Shown: positions 12,301-24,081, numbered from the stretch's first letter. The stretch: DNA of 64,000 nucleotides from Tubiluchus corallicola (GCA_030141605.1 JAQGDQ010002374.1:434001-498000), one strand, 5' to 3'. Numbers and translations: made by a program. Notes: generated by a model from the sequence alone, not told the origin.

Positions 12301-15066
12301 TCTGTAAACAACTATCTGAAACAATAATGTATGCAAATCACCATTTATTTGGTGCACAATGCATATAGCCAATTTTTTTATATAAGTTGAATGTGACTTT
12401 CAAATGATTTTTTACTGAAAGAGTGCAATAGAAACCACAGTCCTAGCAAAGAATAAGCTGCTTAGTAAATTCAAACATAAACATTCTATGAAATTGAGCG
12501 CCTCTGATAACATGTAAATTGCCATTGTTCATTGGTATCTGAAACGGTTTTTACCTTTTGTTATTATAAGAATTATTTAGATTTGACAAATTCCACATAA
12601 AATAAATGATAATATTAATTTCCACAAATTAAGAACCACAAATAGGCTATATATTTATGAGTTAAAAGGAAGGAGTTTACAATTCCCCAAACAATTTAAA
12701 TACCCCAACCCTAACCCTAATCCAACTTAACCATAGCCTTAATCTTTACACTCACCTAACCATAACCGCTAACCTAATCCTAACCCCAACCCTAACGCTC
12801 ACCCTTGTCCTAATAATCTTCACGAATTAATTTCGTGTGTGTGAGGAATTGTAAAATTTAGCGAATTATAAGGTCTCATGGCACTGTATAGAGAATAACT
12901 GAACATAATAAATACAACTCATACTCAAAATTTTGAGGCCAATGAATAAACCTCTAACTTATTTTGCATATAATTCATGCCAAACTAAGAAACAACAAAT
13001 TTACTACATGCCTTTCTGCAGCCATTTTCTTCTTTTTTCGCTTTGCAGCTTGAAGAGACGGTATTTTTACACTTCTGACCAAACTCGTCCGTTTTCGCAA
13101 CTCTGCCCCCTTTCTTCGCTGACCCGCTAGTGACTTTAGCTGATATTTTGCAGCTGCGGGGGTAAAATTGTTTCCTATAGACTCACTAGGAGTCCGGCAG
13201 TACCTCTGCTCTTTCCATGGAGCTGCCAGTGTGTATGGAGCTCTAGCTAAAATAGGTGGATGTGTCATCTTCGCCTCAATTGTCTGTAAAATGTCATCAA
13301 AGATTGATTATTATAATATCTTATAGTATAGCATTATAGTATATTATAGTGTAGATAATTATTATTGATTAAGTAATGCTAATAAGTATGGGAATAAGTA
13401 ATGCTACCCCGGTGATTATGACATTTCAAAGTCAACGCTAGCCAAACATTTCAGGATTTCTGATTTATATTACTCATGCCAGGTAATTCTAGCTATTTAG
13501 ATTCTAAAATTTTGTTTTTATTAGTTCTGATAGCTGAACCTGAAATTCTAAAGAGCAATTACTTAATTATTTACAATGCTTTTGGACAATGGGTTTGTAC
13601 CATCATTAGCAATAACATTGATGCAGAGCTGCCAAGAGTAGAGAACCAACTGAGTGAGACGTTACAATTCAGTTACAGGGTGTAGGGGTAAATGACCTCA
13701 CGATAGGAGTACGGGCAGAGCCAGTGTATTTTATAATACTCTTTTGAGTGCATGTTGGAAGGTTTAAATGCAAGCTAAATTTAAGTGTTCCCGAATACAC
13801 TATATTAAGCCTACTTAAATACTGATGAGCTTCTTCAAGTTTAGGTTTCAGATGTAACATAATCTAATTAAATATTGTGATTACAATTTGCAGTATCTCA
13901 TTTTCTCAACTTACTTTTGTCTCAATCCAAGAGCTGCAGCCTAAAAACAGATTAAGCCTAATAACTTACCACAAGTTATTACATGTATGAGGCAAATAAT
14001 AAAAGGAACATAAATTTCTGACTAGAACGTATTAGAATAAAATAAATAACAATGCATAATTACCTACTGGTACTTAATTTCTTTCAACTGTTGCTAACTG
14101 ATCGAGGAAAATATGAAACATTTGCACTAACTTGCTCAACAAAAGAAAATGGAGATGAATGAAAAGTGGAAGCTTTAGTAACTAAATTTAGTAAACAAAT
14201 AATTTACATTCTAAGATGAGTTTCAGAAGAAGACGGAGGCAACAAGGATAAGATCTGTGCTTGATCTAAAATATGCGAGTGTCGCGATTTATTGGTTTTC
14301 GGGCTCGAGAAAACAACAAAGCCTAAAATGCGTGACTCTTACACCCAATGCATATTAACTATTAAGATTATAAATAATTAATTAGTTGCCCATGGGAATT
14401 TCAGGCTCAAAATCAAAATCAAAATTAATCTAATTAGCCAGAATCACTCTAGTTGGAGTGATCTGACATTGGAAATGCTGAACCGGTCAGCAAGTTACAA
14501 GGGATGTACTTTGGACTGTCACAATTGCTGGGGAATAAGACAGTTTAGTGGTTTATGGCACTTGCCTTGTTAGCAAAGAGTTCATAGTTCAAAACTAGAC
14601 GGTGTTCCAGATTTTGAAACCACATTTCCGGCTTTACAAATTTCAAACTTCAATCAATTGTGTGTTTATGCCGTCATTTACAATAGTCTTGAACTATTGA
14701 TATTATGATCACAAATAAGTAAAATGTCAAGCATTGATTATTCCTTAGATATTTATAATGTTAATTGAGATTATTAACAATGATTACATCCAAAATTAGT
14801 AAATTTTTGAAATGAAACTTTGTGAATAAGTATAATCAAAGAGACATTGAATTTAAAAAGTTTCAACAAAAGTACATACAGCTCACTCAAAAGTCAAAAC
14901 AAGTTTAAACCACATAGTAAATATTAATTTTCTAGTCTAAGTCTACCTTGTATAATGGTGAAGCTTCGTAAACACAAATACTTGGTTTGGGGATAGGTGG
15001 AAGATTTGGAATGCCTGTCAACTGCGTGTTAGGCCTTGGCATACGTGCTTTTCCGACTGGTGGCAT
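370..15066 (-). CDS. DNAH3: Axonemal dynein heavy chain, DNAH3-like; first 8 coding exons (gene continues off the left edge)
   Basis: Phase-consistent exons 15066-14947, 13283-13012, 12179-12059, 11753-11564, 11142-11067, 10008-9889, 8985-8860 and 565-370. Translation includes TLAAPWKEQRYCRTPSESIGNN, RYCYYINEG, VDYILMDEIERIRL, VIRAPVPWHESY, LRFV...LPLQP and WIPDCAEMF...LMSIQLR, recognised as the DNAH3 N-terminal region. Confidence 0.85.
1029..1558. mobile_element. MITE with imperfect TIRs (TAGAGATGAGCATT ... AATGCTCACCTCCTA), hAT-like
   Basis: Inverted termini and recurring TTCGAA/TTTGAA subterminal motifs; interrupted by the element at 1179-1319. Confidence 0.5.
1179..1319. mobile_element. 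Short non-autonomous element with an internal telomere-like (CCCTAA)n tract, copy 1
   Basis: GTTTAAAATTCCCCA ... TGGGGAATTGTAAAC inverted ends flank degenerate AACCCT repeats; a homologous copy lies at 12668-12856. Confidence 0.6.
1880..2046 (-). repeat. Left part of an interrupted palindromic repeat; contains the 3' portion of a tRNA-like core (B-box GGTTCAAATCC)
   Basis: Colinear with 54795-54957. The minus strand reads TAGCGCACCTGGCAGACCACGCGAGTACTAATCCCAGGTCTCTGGTTCAAATCCCGACTGGTCCA. Confidence 0.75.
2700..5680 (-). pseudogene. Spliced DUF6729-type / Dada-like transposase pseudogene, truncated at the 3' end
   Basis: Fragments: GGDPANREWVLSCMRIHFGKYEGHTFLWLLQND (~5460-5560), QVLDI..GTECLCC (~3860-3915), KLAGAAAGTS..TNVGNEHGEILMSVLT (~3190-3285), LLYVNRDC (~3078-3102) and RLHICHLMCRIALACSTESHLLY..CIFEWD..HCRRQTR (2760-3015). 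Stops and frameshifts are present, and the catalytic-type Asp residues are altered (VNRDC, RLHICH). Confidence 0.75.
5868..6230 (+). mobile_element. Older degraded Copia fragment
   Basis: 5868-5945 resembles the gag start at 6409-6485 (AAATTTTTAAG..GGAAACTACAAAAATC..); no intact ORF. Confidence 0.45.
6237..8110 (+). mobile_element. Internally deleted Ty1/Copia LTR retrotransposon (GalEa-like)
   Basis: TG...CA LTRs at 6237-6356 and 7984-8110; PBS TGGCAGCAGAG at 6357 (tRNA-iMet-like); GTTA on both flanks. Coding remnants: gag LTGKAREAAL..STYDAYKNFD, protease DIPLLLSKSSLKKAG, RT PKARIVVRGF..MDIKTAF and RNase H LADCLTKHGAS. Confidence 0.85.
7569..7662. repeat. Exact 47-bp tandem duplication in the Copia RNase H remnant
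   Basis: ACAGAAAAGGATTACTAGCTGATTGCTTAACTAAGCATGGTGCCTCC occurs twice in tandem. Confidence 0.9.
8613..8740 (-). repeat. Right part of the interrupted palindromic repeat (5' end of the tRNA-like core and upstream sequence)
   Basis: CCAGTCAATATGA..CTGAGATTTCCCCCTTGTAGCTCACAATCCAACAGCACCAGCTGTACTCATGACAGTA matches 54958-55075. Confidence 0.75.
12668..12856. mobile_element. Short element with a telomere-like (CCCTAA)n tract, copy 2
   Basis: Same start as copy 1 (GGAAGGAGTTTACAATTCCCCA) and the same GGAATTGTAAA end; the degenerate AACCCT array is longer. Confidence 0.6.
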
Positions 15067-16143
15067 ATTGACAAACTGCAACTATAAATTTCAGATTTTC
15101 AAATGCACAGTACATATACGCTTCATATATATATATATTCATTTTGCTATTTCTCTACCAGTCCTCTACCCACCCCTCTCTCTCTCTCTCTCTCTATCTC
15201 TCTCCCTGTTCCACTTTTGTTCTCTCCCTCTGATCTTTGACATGTGAAGATTATTAAAGCATGTTTCCATTAATAATTCCAGAATCTAAAATTAGTTTTG
15301 AAAATTTTGAGCTAATATTATGAGCACTCTGCACAGCAGTGGCGTGCAGTCCATACATGCCATGCAAGCACTGCATGCCTTCTAATTTCCAAAAATTATT
15401 ACGATGTAAAAAGCACTTGTAAATATTTATAATAATTAACTATTATTGCTAATATTTATCATAATAATATTTTGCACCCATATTGTATTATAACGTCGGT
15501 AGGCTATAGGTTTTGCGAAACCATTACATTACGCAGCAAAGCAGCTGTAAGCATTCACGGCATTTTCCAACTCAACGTCTGAAATCAGACTCAATACAAT
15601 TTCGGACGGGGCGCATGAAGACGTGGCTTAATCGGAAATTGTCCAATCACAATTAGCGACAGCATTGTTTTTTCCTAGACCTAGGCCTATCCGCGAGAGA
15701 AATGCTGCCGTGTATTCAACTTGGGTTAATGCTGGCCCAGCTATACATGAATGTCTATGTGCATCATGTGGTTTGTCTAAGCCATTATTTAACATGTACT
15801 GTAGTCGATTTCTATAGATGTTCCAGAGTGCTAAATCATGATTTATAGTTTAAGTGTTTTACTAATTACTGTACTGTTTAAATGTTTCATTGTGTTAATT
15901 TTAGTTTTCAACATGCCAGTATTTTTATTGTTTTAGTATAGCTATCCCATCATAGGACTTTAGCGTAGAGTTAATGGAATAGTTGGACTTCAGTATGCAA
16001 GATGCGCATGTGTGGTAAGCATTTCCTTTACATCGTTCCTAAATTAATTTATTTTTAATTAGCTAGGACGTAAGGGTTGGCTTTACAACAATGTACAGAT
16101 TTGGTTCAAGCGGCAGACTGCATCATTAAAATTGACTTACACT

Positions 16144-16358
16144 TGTGACGTGTTCTTATCTATGGTTTATATTTTAATGTTTGTGCTCACTAAGGTTTCC
16201 CCTCACTGTTTTCAGCGGGCAAGCCACTAGGCGTTACATTCTCTAGACTTATCATGGCAGCAGTCTTTGTGAATAAACAGATTAATAAGCAAGAAACATT
16301 TATGTTAAATGTTCTATAAAGTTTCTAACAAAGTTACAAATGTTGCCAAGACGTTACA
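16144..16358 (+). repeat. 5' LTR of the Gypsy element
   Basis: Direct repeat of 20641-20851 with a few substitutions and a small indel. Confidence 0.95.
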
Positions 16359-16468
16359 TGGTAGTACGGATGGAAGTTATCAGCGAGTGCTTAACTACGG
16401 ATACGCTGATAACATCACTTCTTTGAGTAACGCCAAAATTTCTCTCGGGAAGACTGTGGTAGGATAAA

Positions 16469-17539
16469 ATGGCTGATGGCGAAGGTCATATTCAAGTTAC
16501 TTCCCCGTATAGTGTTCTACCTGCACCACCTAGACTAGACCTGCATGGAAATTTAGCTGTGAAATGGCGAAAATTTCGTCGCATGTGGGACAATTATGAG
16601 GTGGCTTTGAAGCTCAATGAAGCAAATTATGCTGTTAGAACAGCCACATTATTGACCGTTTTGGGTCCTGAGTGTGTGGAAATTTTTGATGGACTAGAAT
16701 TTGAAAATGAGGCAGATAAAACAAATGTTGCAATGGTTCTACAAAAATTTGAAGCATTTTGTGTTGGAGAAACTAATGAAACTTACAAAAGATATTGTTT
16801 TAATAAACGCGATCAAAATCCTCGTGAAACAATCGACGCCTATGTCTCATCTTTGCGCACACTAGCCAAAAGGTGTAATTACGGCAATCTAACTGATAGT
16901 CTGATACGGGATCGGATAGTTCTAGGCATAACTGACAATATTACTCGTAAGCGACTACTGCAAGAGTCAAAACTAACATTGAGTAGCTGCATAACTATTT
17001 GTCGCTCGTTTGCTGAGTCTGCAAGTCAACTTAAAAATATAAAGGCTGAACAAGCTTCCTACTCTGAACAAGTGCAAGCTGTCAAACCCAAAACTAATAA
17101 AGGTAGTGCTAGTAAAGCCACGGGTACTAAGAAAAAGGTGATTGACTGTCACTTCTGTGGGCGTAAGCATGAATGGGACAAAAATAAATGTCCTGCTTAT
17201 GGCAAAACATGTAACATTTGCCATGGAAAAAATCATTTTCAGTCTATGTGCAAATCTAGAGGTAGAACTGACACTCGTGCAAAATCATTTCCGTCGAGAA
17301 GAAGCCAAATTGTCTTTGACATGGCAAACTGTGAGGAACAGTCGAATGAGCATGCGATTGGAACTGTAACTCATACTGTTCATGATGCTGAACAGTGTAC
17401 CACGCAACAGCCTCAGATTTACAGTGAATGGCTTATGGCGGGTACACCTACGATTTTTCAGATCGATTGTGGGGCCAGTATAAACATTATACCTGAAAGA
17501 CTTGTGCCGCATCACTTGTGTGATAAACTTCTACTGTAA
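16469..17539 (+). CDS. Gag with two CCHC knuckles, plus the N-terminal half of the aspartic protease
   Basis: LIRDRIVLGI, CHFCGRKHEWDKNKC, CNICHGKNHFQSMC and FQIDCGASINII. Confidence 0.92.
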   Translation: MADGEGHIQVTSPYSVLPAPPRLDLHGNLAVKWRKFRRMWDNYEVALKLNEANYAVRTATLLTVLGPECVEIFDGLEFENEADKTNVAMVLQKFEAFCVGETNETYKRYCFNKRDQNPRETIDAYVSSLRTLAKRCNYGNLTDSLIRDRIVLGITDNITRKRLLQESKLTLSSCITICRSFAESASQLKNIKAEQASYSEQVQAVKPKTNKGSASKATGTKKKVIDCHFCGRKHEWDKNKCPAYGKTCNICHGKNHFQSMCKSRGRTDTRAKSFPSRRSQIVFDMANCEEQSNEHAIGTVTHTVHDAEQCTTQQPQIYSEWLMAGTPTIFQIDCGASINIIPERLVPHHLCDKLLL

Positions 17540-17544
17540 AGACT

Positions 17545-20526
17545 GTGTTAGAAATGTGGAACATAACTAAAATAAGTCCCATTGGGCAAGTCAGATTGCC
17601 AATTGTAAATCCAGTGAATAAGAAAAGTTACTCTGTGAACTTTTTGGTCGTAAACGAAAATTATGTACCATTGTTAGGTTCTCGTGCTTCACAACAAATG
17701 AAGCTTATTACTGTAAATGAAAATAACTTCAAAAGGGTTGAATCAGCCAATGTTGCTAATATGTTGTGTAGTGATAGCAGTACTAGGCCTACAGCACATG
17801 TTTCAGATGTTTGTAGTGTTGCTGATTGTAATGCTTTACTAACTGAATTTTCTGATATTTTCAGTGAGGTACCAGGAGAATTCCCTGGATGTGTAAGTTT
17901 GAAAATTGATCCTACTGTACCGCCAGTTGTACAACCATGTAGGCGATTTCCTTATAACATGCGAGATAAATTTAAAGCTGAACTTGACAGACTCGAACAA
18001 AACAACATCACTGAACGTGCAGACCACCCTACTGACTGGGTTAACGCTTACACAACTGCTACTAAACGTTCGGGGAGTATCAGAATCTGCTTGGATCCTA
18101 AACCACTGAATAATGCTATCAGACGAGAAATCTACCATATTCCTACAATGGAGGAGCTTACTCCTAGACTGTGCAATGCGAAGCTCTTTTCTACTTTCAA
18201 AGTGACAAGTGGGTTTCATCACATGAAGCTAGAAGAAAAGACCAAAGATCTAACAACATTTGATACTCCGTTCGGTAGATATCGTTATACTAGAGCTCCG
18301 TTTGGGATTTCAGCTTGGCCTGAGATTTTTCAGAAGAAAATGGATGAGCAAATACAAGGCTTAAAAGGAAAAGAAGACTTCCATGATGACGTACTAATTT
18401 ATGGTTGTGGTGCTACCATTACAGAAGCCGGTGTTGACCATAACAACAAACTGAGAGCATTCTTTGAACGATGTCGTGAAAGAAATATAAAACTGAATCC
18501 AGATAAAAGTCAGATTCAACGTAGTGAAGTGCGATACCACGGGCATATTCTGAGTGCTAATGGTATTAAAGCTGACCCCGACAAGGTCGCAGCGGTGCAA
18601 AATATGCCGGCTCCAATCGATAAGACGGGAGTAAGAAGACTGTGTGGTTTTGTCAATTACTTGGCAAAGTTTTTGCCTATGCTTTCTGAAGTCTTTAAAC
18701 CTATTAGTAACGTAATGTCTGACAAAACAGAATTCAGATGGAACTTTGAACAACAAGAGGTATTTGCACAGGTTAAAAAGCTCATAACTACGTCTCCCGT
18801 GCTCAGATATTACAACCCAGATGAAAAACTTACTCTGCAATGTGACAGCAGTCAGTCAGGCTTAGGTGCATGTCTAATGCAGAATGGTCAACCAATTGCA
18901 TTCGCCTCTCGAACTTTGACTGCAACCGAACAGAACTATGCGCAACTTGAAAAGGAAATGCTGAGTCTAATTTTTGGTATTCAAAAGTTTGACCACTGCT
19001 GCTACGCTCGTAAAGTAAAACTGGAAACTGATCACAAGCCTCTAGAATCCATACTCAAGAAGAGCATACTTAGTGCTCCTAAGAGAATACAGTGCATGAT
19101 GTTGGTGCTGCAAAACTATGATGTTGAAGTAGTATATAGGAAAGGAGCAACCATGCTGATGGCTGACACCTTGTCTCGTGCTTCTCTCCCCGAGACTGAT
19201 GACATTGCTTTAGAATTTGAAACTGTACGTGCTTTGGAATACGTACCTGCTACTTTTAAAGATGAGAAACTTGAATTGCTCAAAGTGGCTACAGTGAAAG
19301 CTTTGCAATCTATGATTAGGTCTGGCTGGCCTTGCAAAGTGTCTGAGGTGCAACCGGATCTACGGCAATACTTTAATAATAGAGACGAACTGGCAATAAA
19401 CGAAGGTTTGATATTTAAAGGTGAGAGAATTGTATACCCATCGAGCGAAAGGCTGTCTTTCATTAGACTGGTTCATGCTTGCCACATGGGAATACAAGGC
19501 TGCTTGCGAAGAGCAGGTGAAGTTGTATTCTGGCCCCGGATGAACGCTGATTTTGAATCTTACATTCAAAAGTGTGAAATCTGTAATGCATATCCACGGT
19601 CACAGCAAAAGGAGGAATTGATTCCACAAATTGCAACTCGACCATGGCAGATTGTAGGAAGTGATCTGTGTGAGGTAAATAATACTGATTATCTCATAAC
19701 TGCTGACTATTATTCCAACTTCTTTGAAATAGACAAGCTTGAATCAAAAGAACCTAGAACAGTCATAACAAAGTTGAAAGCACATTTTTCTCGGCATGGA
19801 ATACCAGAAATGCTCCGTTCTGATAATGTGCCATTTGATTCTCAAGAGTTTAAAACTTTTGCTAAAATTTATGGCTTCCAGCATGAAAGTTCTTCACCGA
19901 GGTATCCAAAATCGAATGGCAAAGTTGAGAATGCTGTCAACACTGCTAAGCGTTTGATGAAGAAAGCGCTAGTTGCAAAAGAAGACCCATACTTGTCTCT
20001 ATTGGCTTATAGAAATACACCAGCGGAAGTTCTTAATGCATCACCAGCTCAACGATTGTTTGGAAGACGGACACGGACTACACTACCAATGCCATCTTCC
20101 TTGCTAGAGCCGAAATTTGTGCCAAATACTAGAGAGAAAATCATTGCTCAGAAGGATCGCCAAGCTACATATTACAACCAATAGGCGAAACCTTTGATTC
20201 AATTAATGGTTGGGGATGTTGTACGTATGGACCCTCTACAAAAAGGGAAGATGTGGGAGAAAGCTATAGTGATACGGAAGATTGGTGAAAGGTCTTACCT
20301 TGTAACCTTAATGTTGGTGTACAGAAGAAACAGAGTTCATCTGTGCAAGACGTCTGAGACTTATATAAATGAATCTGTATACTGCCCATACGACAACATG
20401 AGACAGAAACAAGACGTGATACCAGACACACTTAATGATAACAGACAGAGGAATGATAACGAGATTAGAACACGTTCTGGTAGGCGCATTCAGAGACCTA
20501 AGTTTCTTAATGATTATGTTACCTAG
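17545..20526 (+). pseudogene. Pol (protease C-half, RT, RNase H, integrase) with disabling lesions
   Basis: RT IRICLDPKPLN..APFGIS..FHDD; RNase H CDSSQSGLGA..YAQLEKE..TDHKPL; integrase HHCC and DDE (SDL, SDN, NGKVENA). Frameshift relative to gag at ~17524-17537; in-frame TAG at 20182-20184; first RT catalytic Asp replaced (STFKVTSGF). Confidence 0.9.
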
Positions 20527-20640
20527 TTTGAGTATTGATAACCTTGATGTTGACCTTTAATTTTGTGACCTTGATATCTGCTTAGATTGATGTTTTTCAG
20601 TTTAGTTGGTCTATGTTACTTACTTTTAAAAGGAAGAGGA

Positions 20641-20851
20641 TGTGACATGTTCTTATCTATGGTTTTTTTATGTTTGTGCTCACTAAGGTTTCCCCTCACT
20701 GTTTTCAGCGGGCAAGCCACGAACCGTTACATTCTCTAGACTTATCATGGCAGCAGTCTTTGTGAATAAACAGATTAATAAGCAAGAAACACTTATGTTA
20801 AATGTTCTATAAAGTTTCTAACAAAGTTACAAATGTTGCCAAGACGTTACA
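20641..20851 (+). repeat. 3' LTR of the Gypsy element
   Basis: Follows the PPT; ends in CA immediately before the TSD. Confidence 0.95.
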
Positions 20852-22335
20852 ACACTACCTAACTATAGCGTAGAGCCGCATTAGTTACAATAATTGCCAG
20901 ACATTACAACTCTCCCAATTTGGAATTTTAATCGAGATTTTAGTGATAATCTTTCTCCTGATTTGCCAAGAATTGCTGCTTCAGTGTAAACATAGCGTAA
21001 AATGTGATCACAATGAAATAGAACTGCTAGACAATGCAAAAAATTGTCTGGGAATACAGCAGGTAGCACTCTGGAACGTGTGGTGCACCACTGAACTTAG
21101 CTGCTCTAATGAAACATCACAGATTAGAGACAATATTTTGTGATTCACACAAGGGTTTTGACTTATGAAGCCGCTAAATTTAGGAAATTTCACCCAGGAT
21201 ATGACTCCAAGTTAATTAGCAATGTGGCAAGCCCCTGGCAATTTGACAAACGACAATTGAGTTTTAATACATTTATATCCAATCAGTCTTAAATATGTTA
21301 TGAATCATAAGTAAAATTTTGACTGAAAGGTTTACAGCAGTCTTCCTTCTTTGCTAACTTATTTTTCACAGTAGAACAAAAAGCCATAAAGGTTTTCCTA
21401 ATTTTTTCCAAGTTTAGAGCTTATAGTTTGGTTGTATTACATTGTATTTCAAAATTTCAACAACAATCAATCAATAACTACAAAGTTGATCAGCCAATAG
21501 CTACTTGACTTATTATAAGTACATTTTCACGTATGAGACATTCTGTGTACCAGAATTTAGATCTCATTTGAGGCCTCCAAAATATTCTTAAATACGGGAA
21601 AATGCATTGGTGGTTAATGGCCCCAAACCCCCTAGCTGGGTGCATGCGTTGTTCCACGACCCGCTGTACAGACATTTCCTTTAACAGCTTTAATTGCAGA
21701 AACATTATCATGAACTTTACTACCATTCAAGTTATTTAATGCTTTTTCAACTCTAGGCACATCCGAGACTGGGCTGTATGCTATTCAGTGCCCATAATAT
21801 ACACACACCGCATACAGTCTACTTCAAACCTGAATTCCTAATATATTGTGTGCATTGTTTTAGAATTTTTCGTTTGTTTTATTCTTTTTAATCTGTCGGA
21901 AAATATCCAATCTTGAATTTTAGTAATAAAATTTTTACTGCTGCATTCCCTATAATCTATATTAACTACTTCCAAACTTGTGAAATATCTATAGTCACTG
22001 TAACTATATCATGCATTTATTTTTATGCTATAAATGAGTGTCCAGATTAATTATCATGCACCATTATCATAAAAAATAAATGCATCGAAAACAGTAGTAA
22101 AAACTAATGATTATTATAAACTTATCAAACCGTGTATATGAAATTACACCCTGATCACTTCCAATTTATTTTACAAAAAAACAGGAATTATAACGACTAG
22201 TAGAAACTAAAGCAGTAAATAGAAATAGAAACCTTTTTCGGATCCATTGCTACTAAACAGAAAAGCTTCAGAAAGTATAATCGCGCGTTTCTGAAAAAAC
22301 TCGTAATTTTGACGAAGTCTGCTCGTCACGTTTGC

Positions 22336-22349
22336 GTTGCCACGGTGAT
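22336..22349. promoter_or_regulatory. Candidate RFX X-box, possibly the dynein promoter
   Basis: GTTGCCACGGTGAT in a locally CpG-rich patch upstream of the minus-strand dynein gene; imperfect match to GTTGCCATGGCAAC. Confidence 0.35.
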
Positions 22350-22420
22350 TTTCGTCAACATCAGGTGTACGATGAGCAAGAAGGTCCAACCATAGAAATT
22401 TGCACAAGAGAAAACTTTCG

Positions 22421-24081
22421 TCACCTCCTTCGGGCATTTTCTGCGTAGATTTTAGAGCTCTGTGCTGCTTCTCTTAACTAAATGTCTGTATGTTTAGAAA
22501 TGAATCTTACTAGGTGGATTCGTGGAACACTGATTTCTTTGCCTGCAAAATGCTAATTAGGAATTACAGATTTGTTTATACACCTTGGATCTTGCATATA
22601 GACATACATGCATACATACTAAATCTTTATTTAAAGTCGGGTGTACAACGGAAGAACATTAGCCAAATAGGCTATATCGACTAAAATACGCAATGCTAAA
22701 ATTTTTACTAAAATAGAAAAAAATCTTATTCAAATTGGAAATAAAATCAAAATGTGAAAGTAACAAAAATGAATAATAGAAATTTTTAAAAAGGTGAACA
22801 TTACTTAATTCTAAGCACATGGAAAGAATTGTGGAGATAAAATGATCAGAAAACACTAAAACTGATTCACTAAAACAATAAAGGTACAAAGTACTTGAAA
22901 ATAATTGACACAAATTAGGTAGCACAAGCTGAGCATCTACAAATGTCCACGCTCCATTTGTTAATTTGTCTCAAGAAAACATTATAGTTAGTGACTATGC
23001 GTAAATGATTGAGCAATTCATTCCAGATTTTAGAAGCCGAATATCGAAAACTTTTTTTCCATAATAATTTTGTGCATACCCTGGGAATATTTAAGATGCT
23101 ATCATATTGCATTTGATAGAAAAAATTTCTCAGATTAACCATGTTTTATAAGCTTTCTGGACAGAGTTTATGTAAAATTTGAAATACCTCTATTGCTACT
23201 AATCTTTGCCTATTTCCACAAGGTTTTTTTCATTTTAACTTTTTTCAACAATGTGTCATAATCATTAAAGACAAAATGCAAAGGCACGTTCTTGTCATTT
23301 TTCAAATGTGTGTGTGTTTGTTGTACCGCAAAAATATGAAACTAATGGACAATAGTTGAAATTGGAAGAATGAAAGTGTATGTATGTATGTATGAAGCAT
23401 GTGTGGACAGCATGCCACTGCAAATTAATTACTTAATATTATAATATTATGTGCGCTGACCTACACATGCATGCATGCCCACACACGCACACACATTTTT
23501 TGAAAAAGTCATTGAAACATAAATATTAGTGTTATTTTACTGTGCTTAGTTAACAATGTAGTGTACAATTTATCAGTGCATTTATGGAAATTTTGGAGTA
23601 ACCTATTCAAAACATTCTCACATTCCAAATGACTTAATAATAAAATAATATTTATTATGTCCTTCCACTTTAAGGTGGAGGTATATAGAATGCAAAGTAG
23701 TTGTTCAGTTATCTTATGGAAAATGTACTGTGAATATGGAATCTGGCACTACGAAATGCCAATAAAAAAATCTCGTAATTGAATATTATAATTAATGTTT
23801 TGTGCTACCTATGCCTTTATTATAAACTTAATTATCACATGTTTAAGTTAAAAAAACTAATAACTTTTTAAACCTTGTCTTTATGTCCTTTTCGATTTTT
23901 GCTTCGGGCTTCACCTCCTATTGGCATTTGTCTTTGTAGATTTTAGAGCTCTTTGCTGCTTCACTTAACTCGGTGTCTGTATGTTTAGAAATGAATCTTA
24001 CTAGATGCATTCGTGGAAAAGTGATTTTTGGTGTGCAAAATATGAATTACAAATTGCAGATTTTTTATACACCTTTGGATC
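22421..24081. repeat. Pair of ~165-bp diverged direct repeats (22421-22590 and 23911-24081)
   Basis: Both read TCACCTCCT..GGCATTT..GTAGATTTTAGAGCTCT..TGTCTGTATGTTTAGAAATGAATCTTACTAG..TTATACACCTTGGATC. Confidence 0.8.
22602..23330 (-). mobile_element. 5'-truncated LINE (L2/CR1 group): ORF2 C-terminus, 3' UTR and tail
   Basis: KKSFRYSASKIWNEL...WSVDICRCSAC is a typical ORF2 end, followed on the minus strand by AATAAA and a (TATG)n tail. Confidence 0.75.

Larger units (their letters stand above)
16144..20851 (+). mobile_element. Full-length Ty3/Gypsy LTR retrotransposon (Mag-type), disabled
   Basis: TG...CA LTRs at 16144-16358 and 20641-20851; 5-bp TSD ACACT (16139-16143 and 20852-20856); PBS TGGTAGTACGGATGG at 16359; PPT AAAAGGAAGAGGA at 20628-20640; domain order gag-PR-RT-RH-IN. 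Confidence 0.97.

Noticed and set aside
17520-17545. Programmed -1 ribosomal frameshift between gag and pol
   Set aside because: The shift falls in the middle of the protease domain with no clear slippery heptamer; more likely a mutation.
16973-19645. Several antisense or overlapping ORFs within the Gypsy element
   Set aside because: Shadow ORFs of gag-pol with no recognisable motifs.
15337-21665. hAT-like element (CAGTGGCGTGCAG start) enclosing the Gypsy insertion
   Set aside because: No matching second TIR or TSD found and no convincing transposase sequence.
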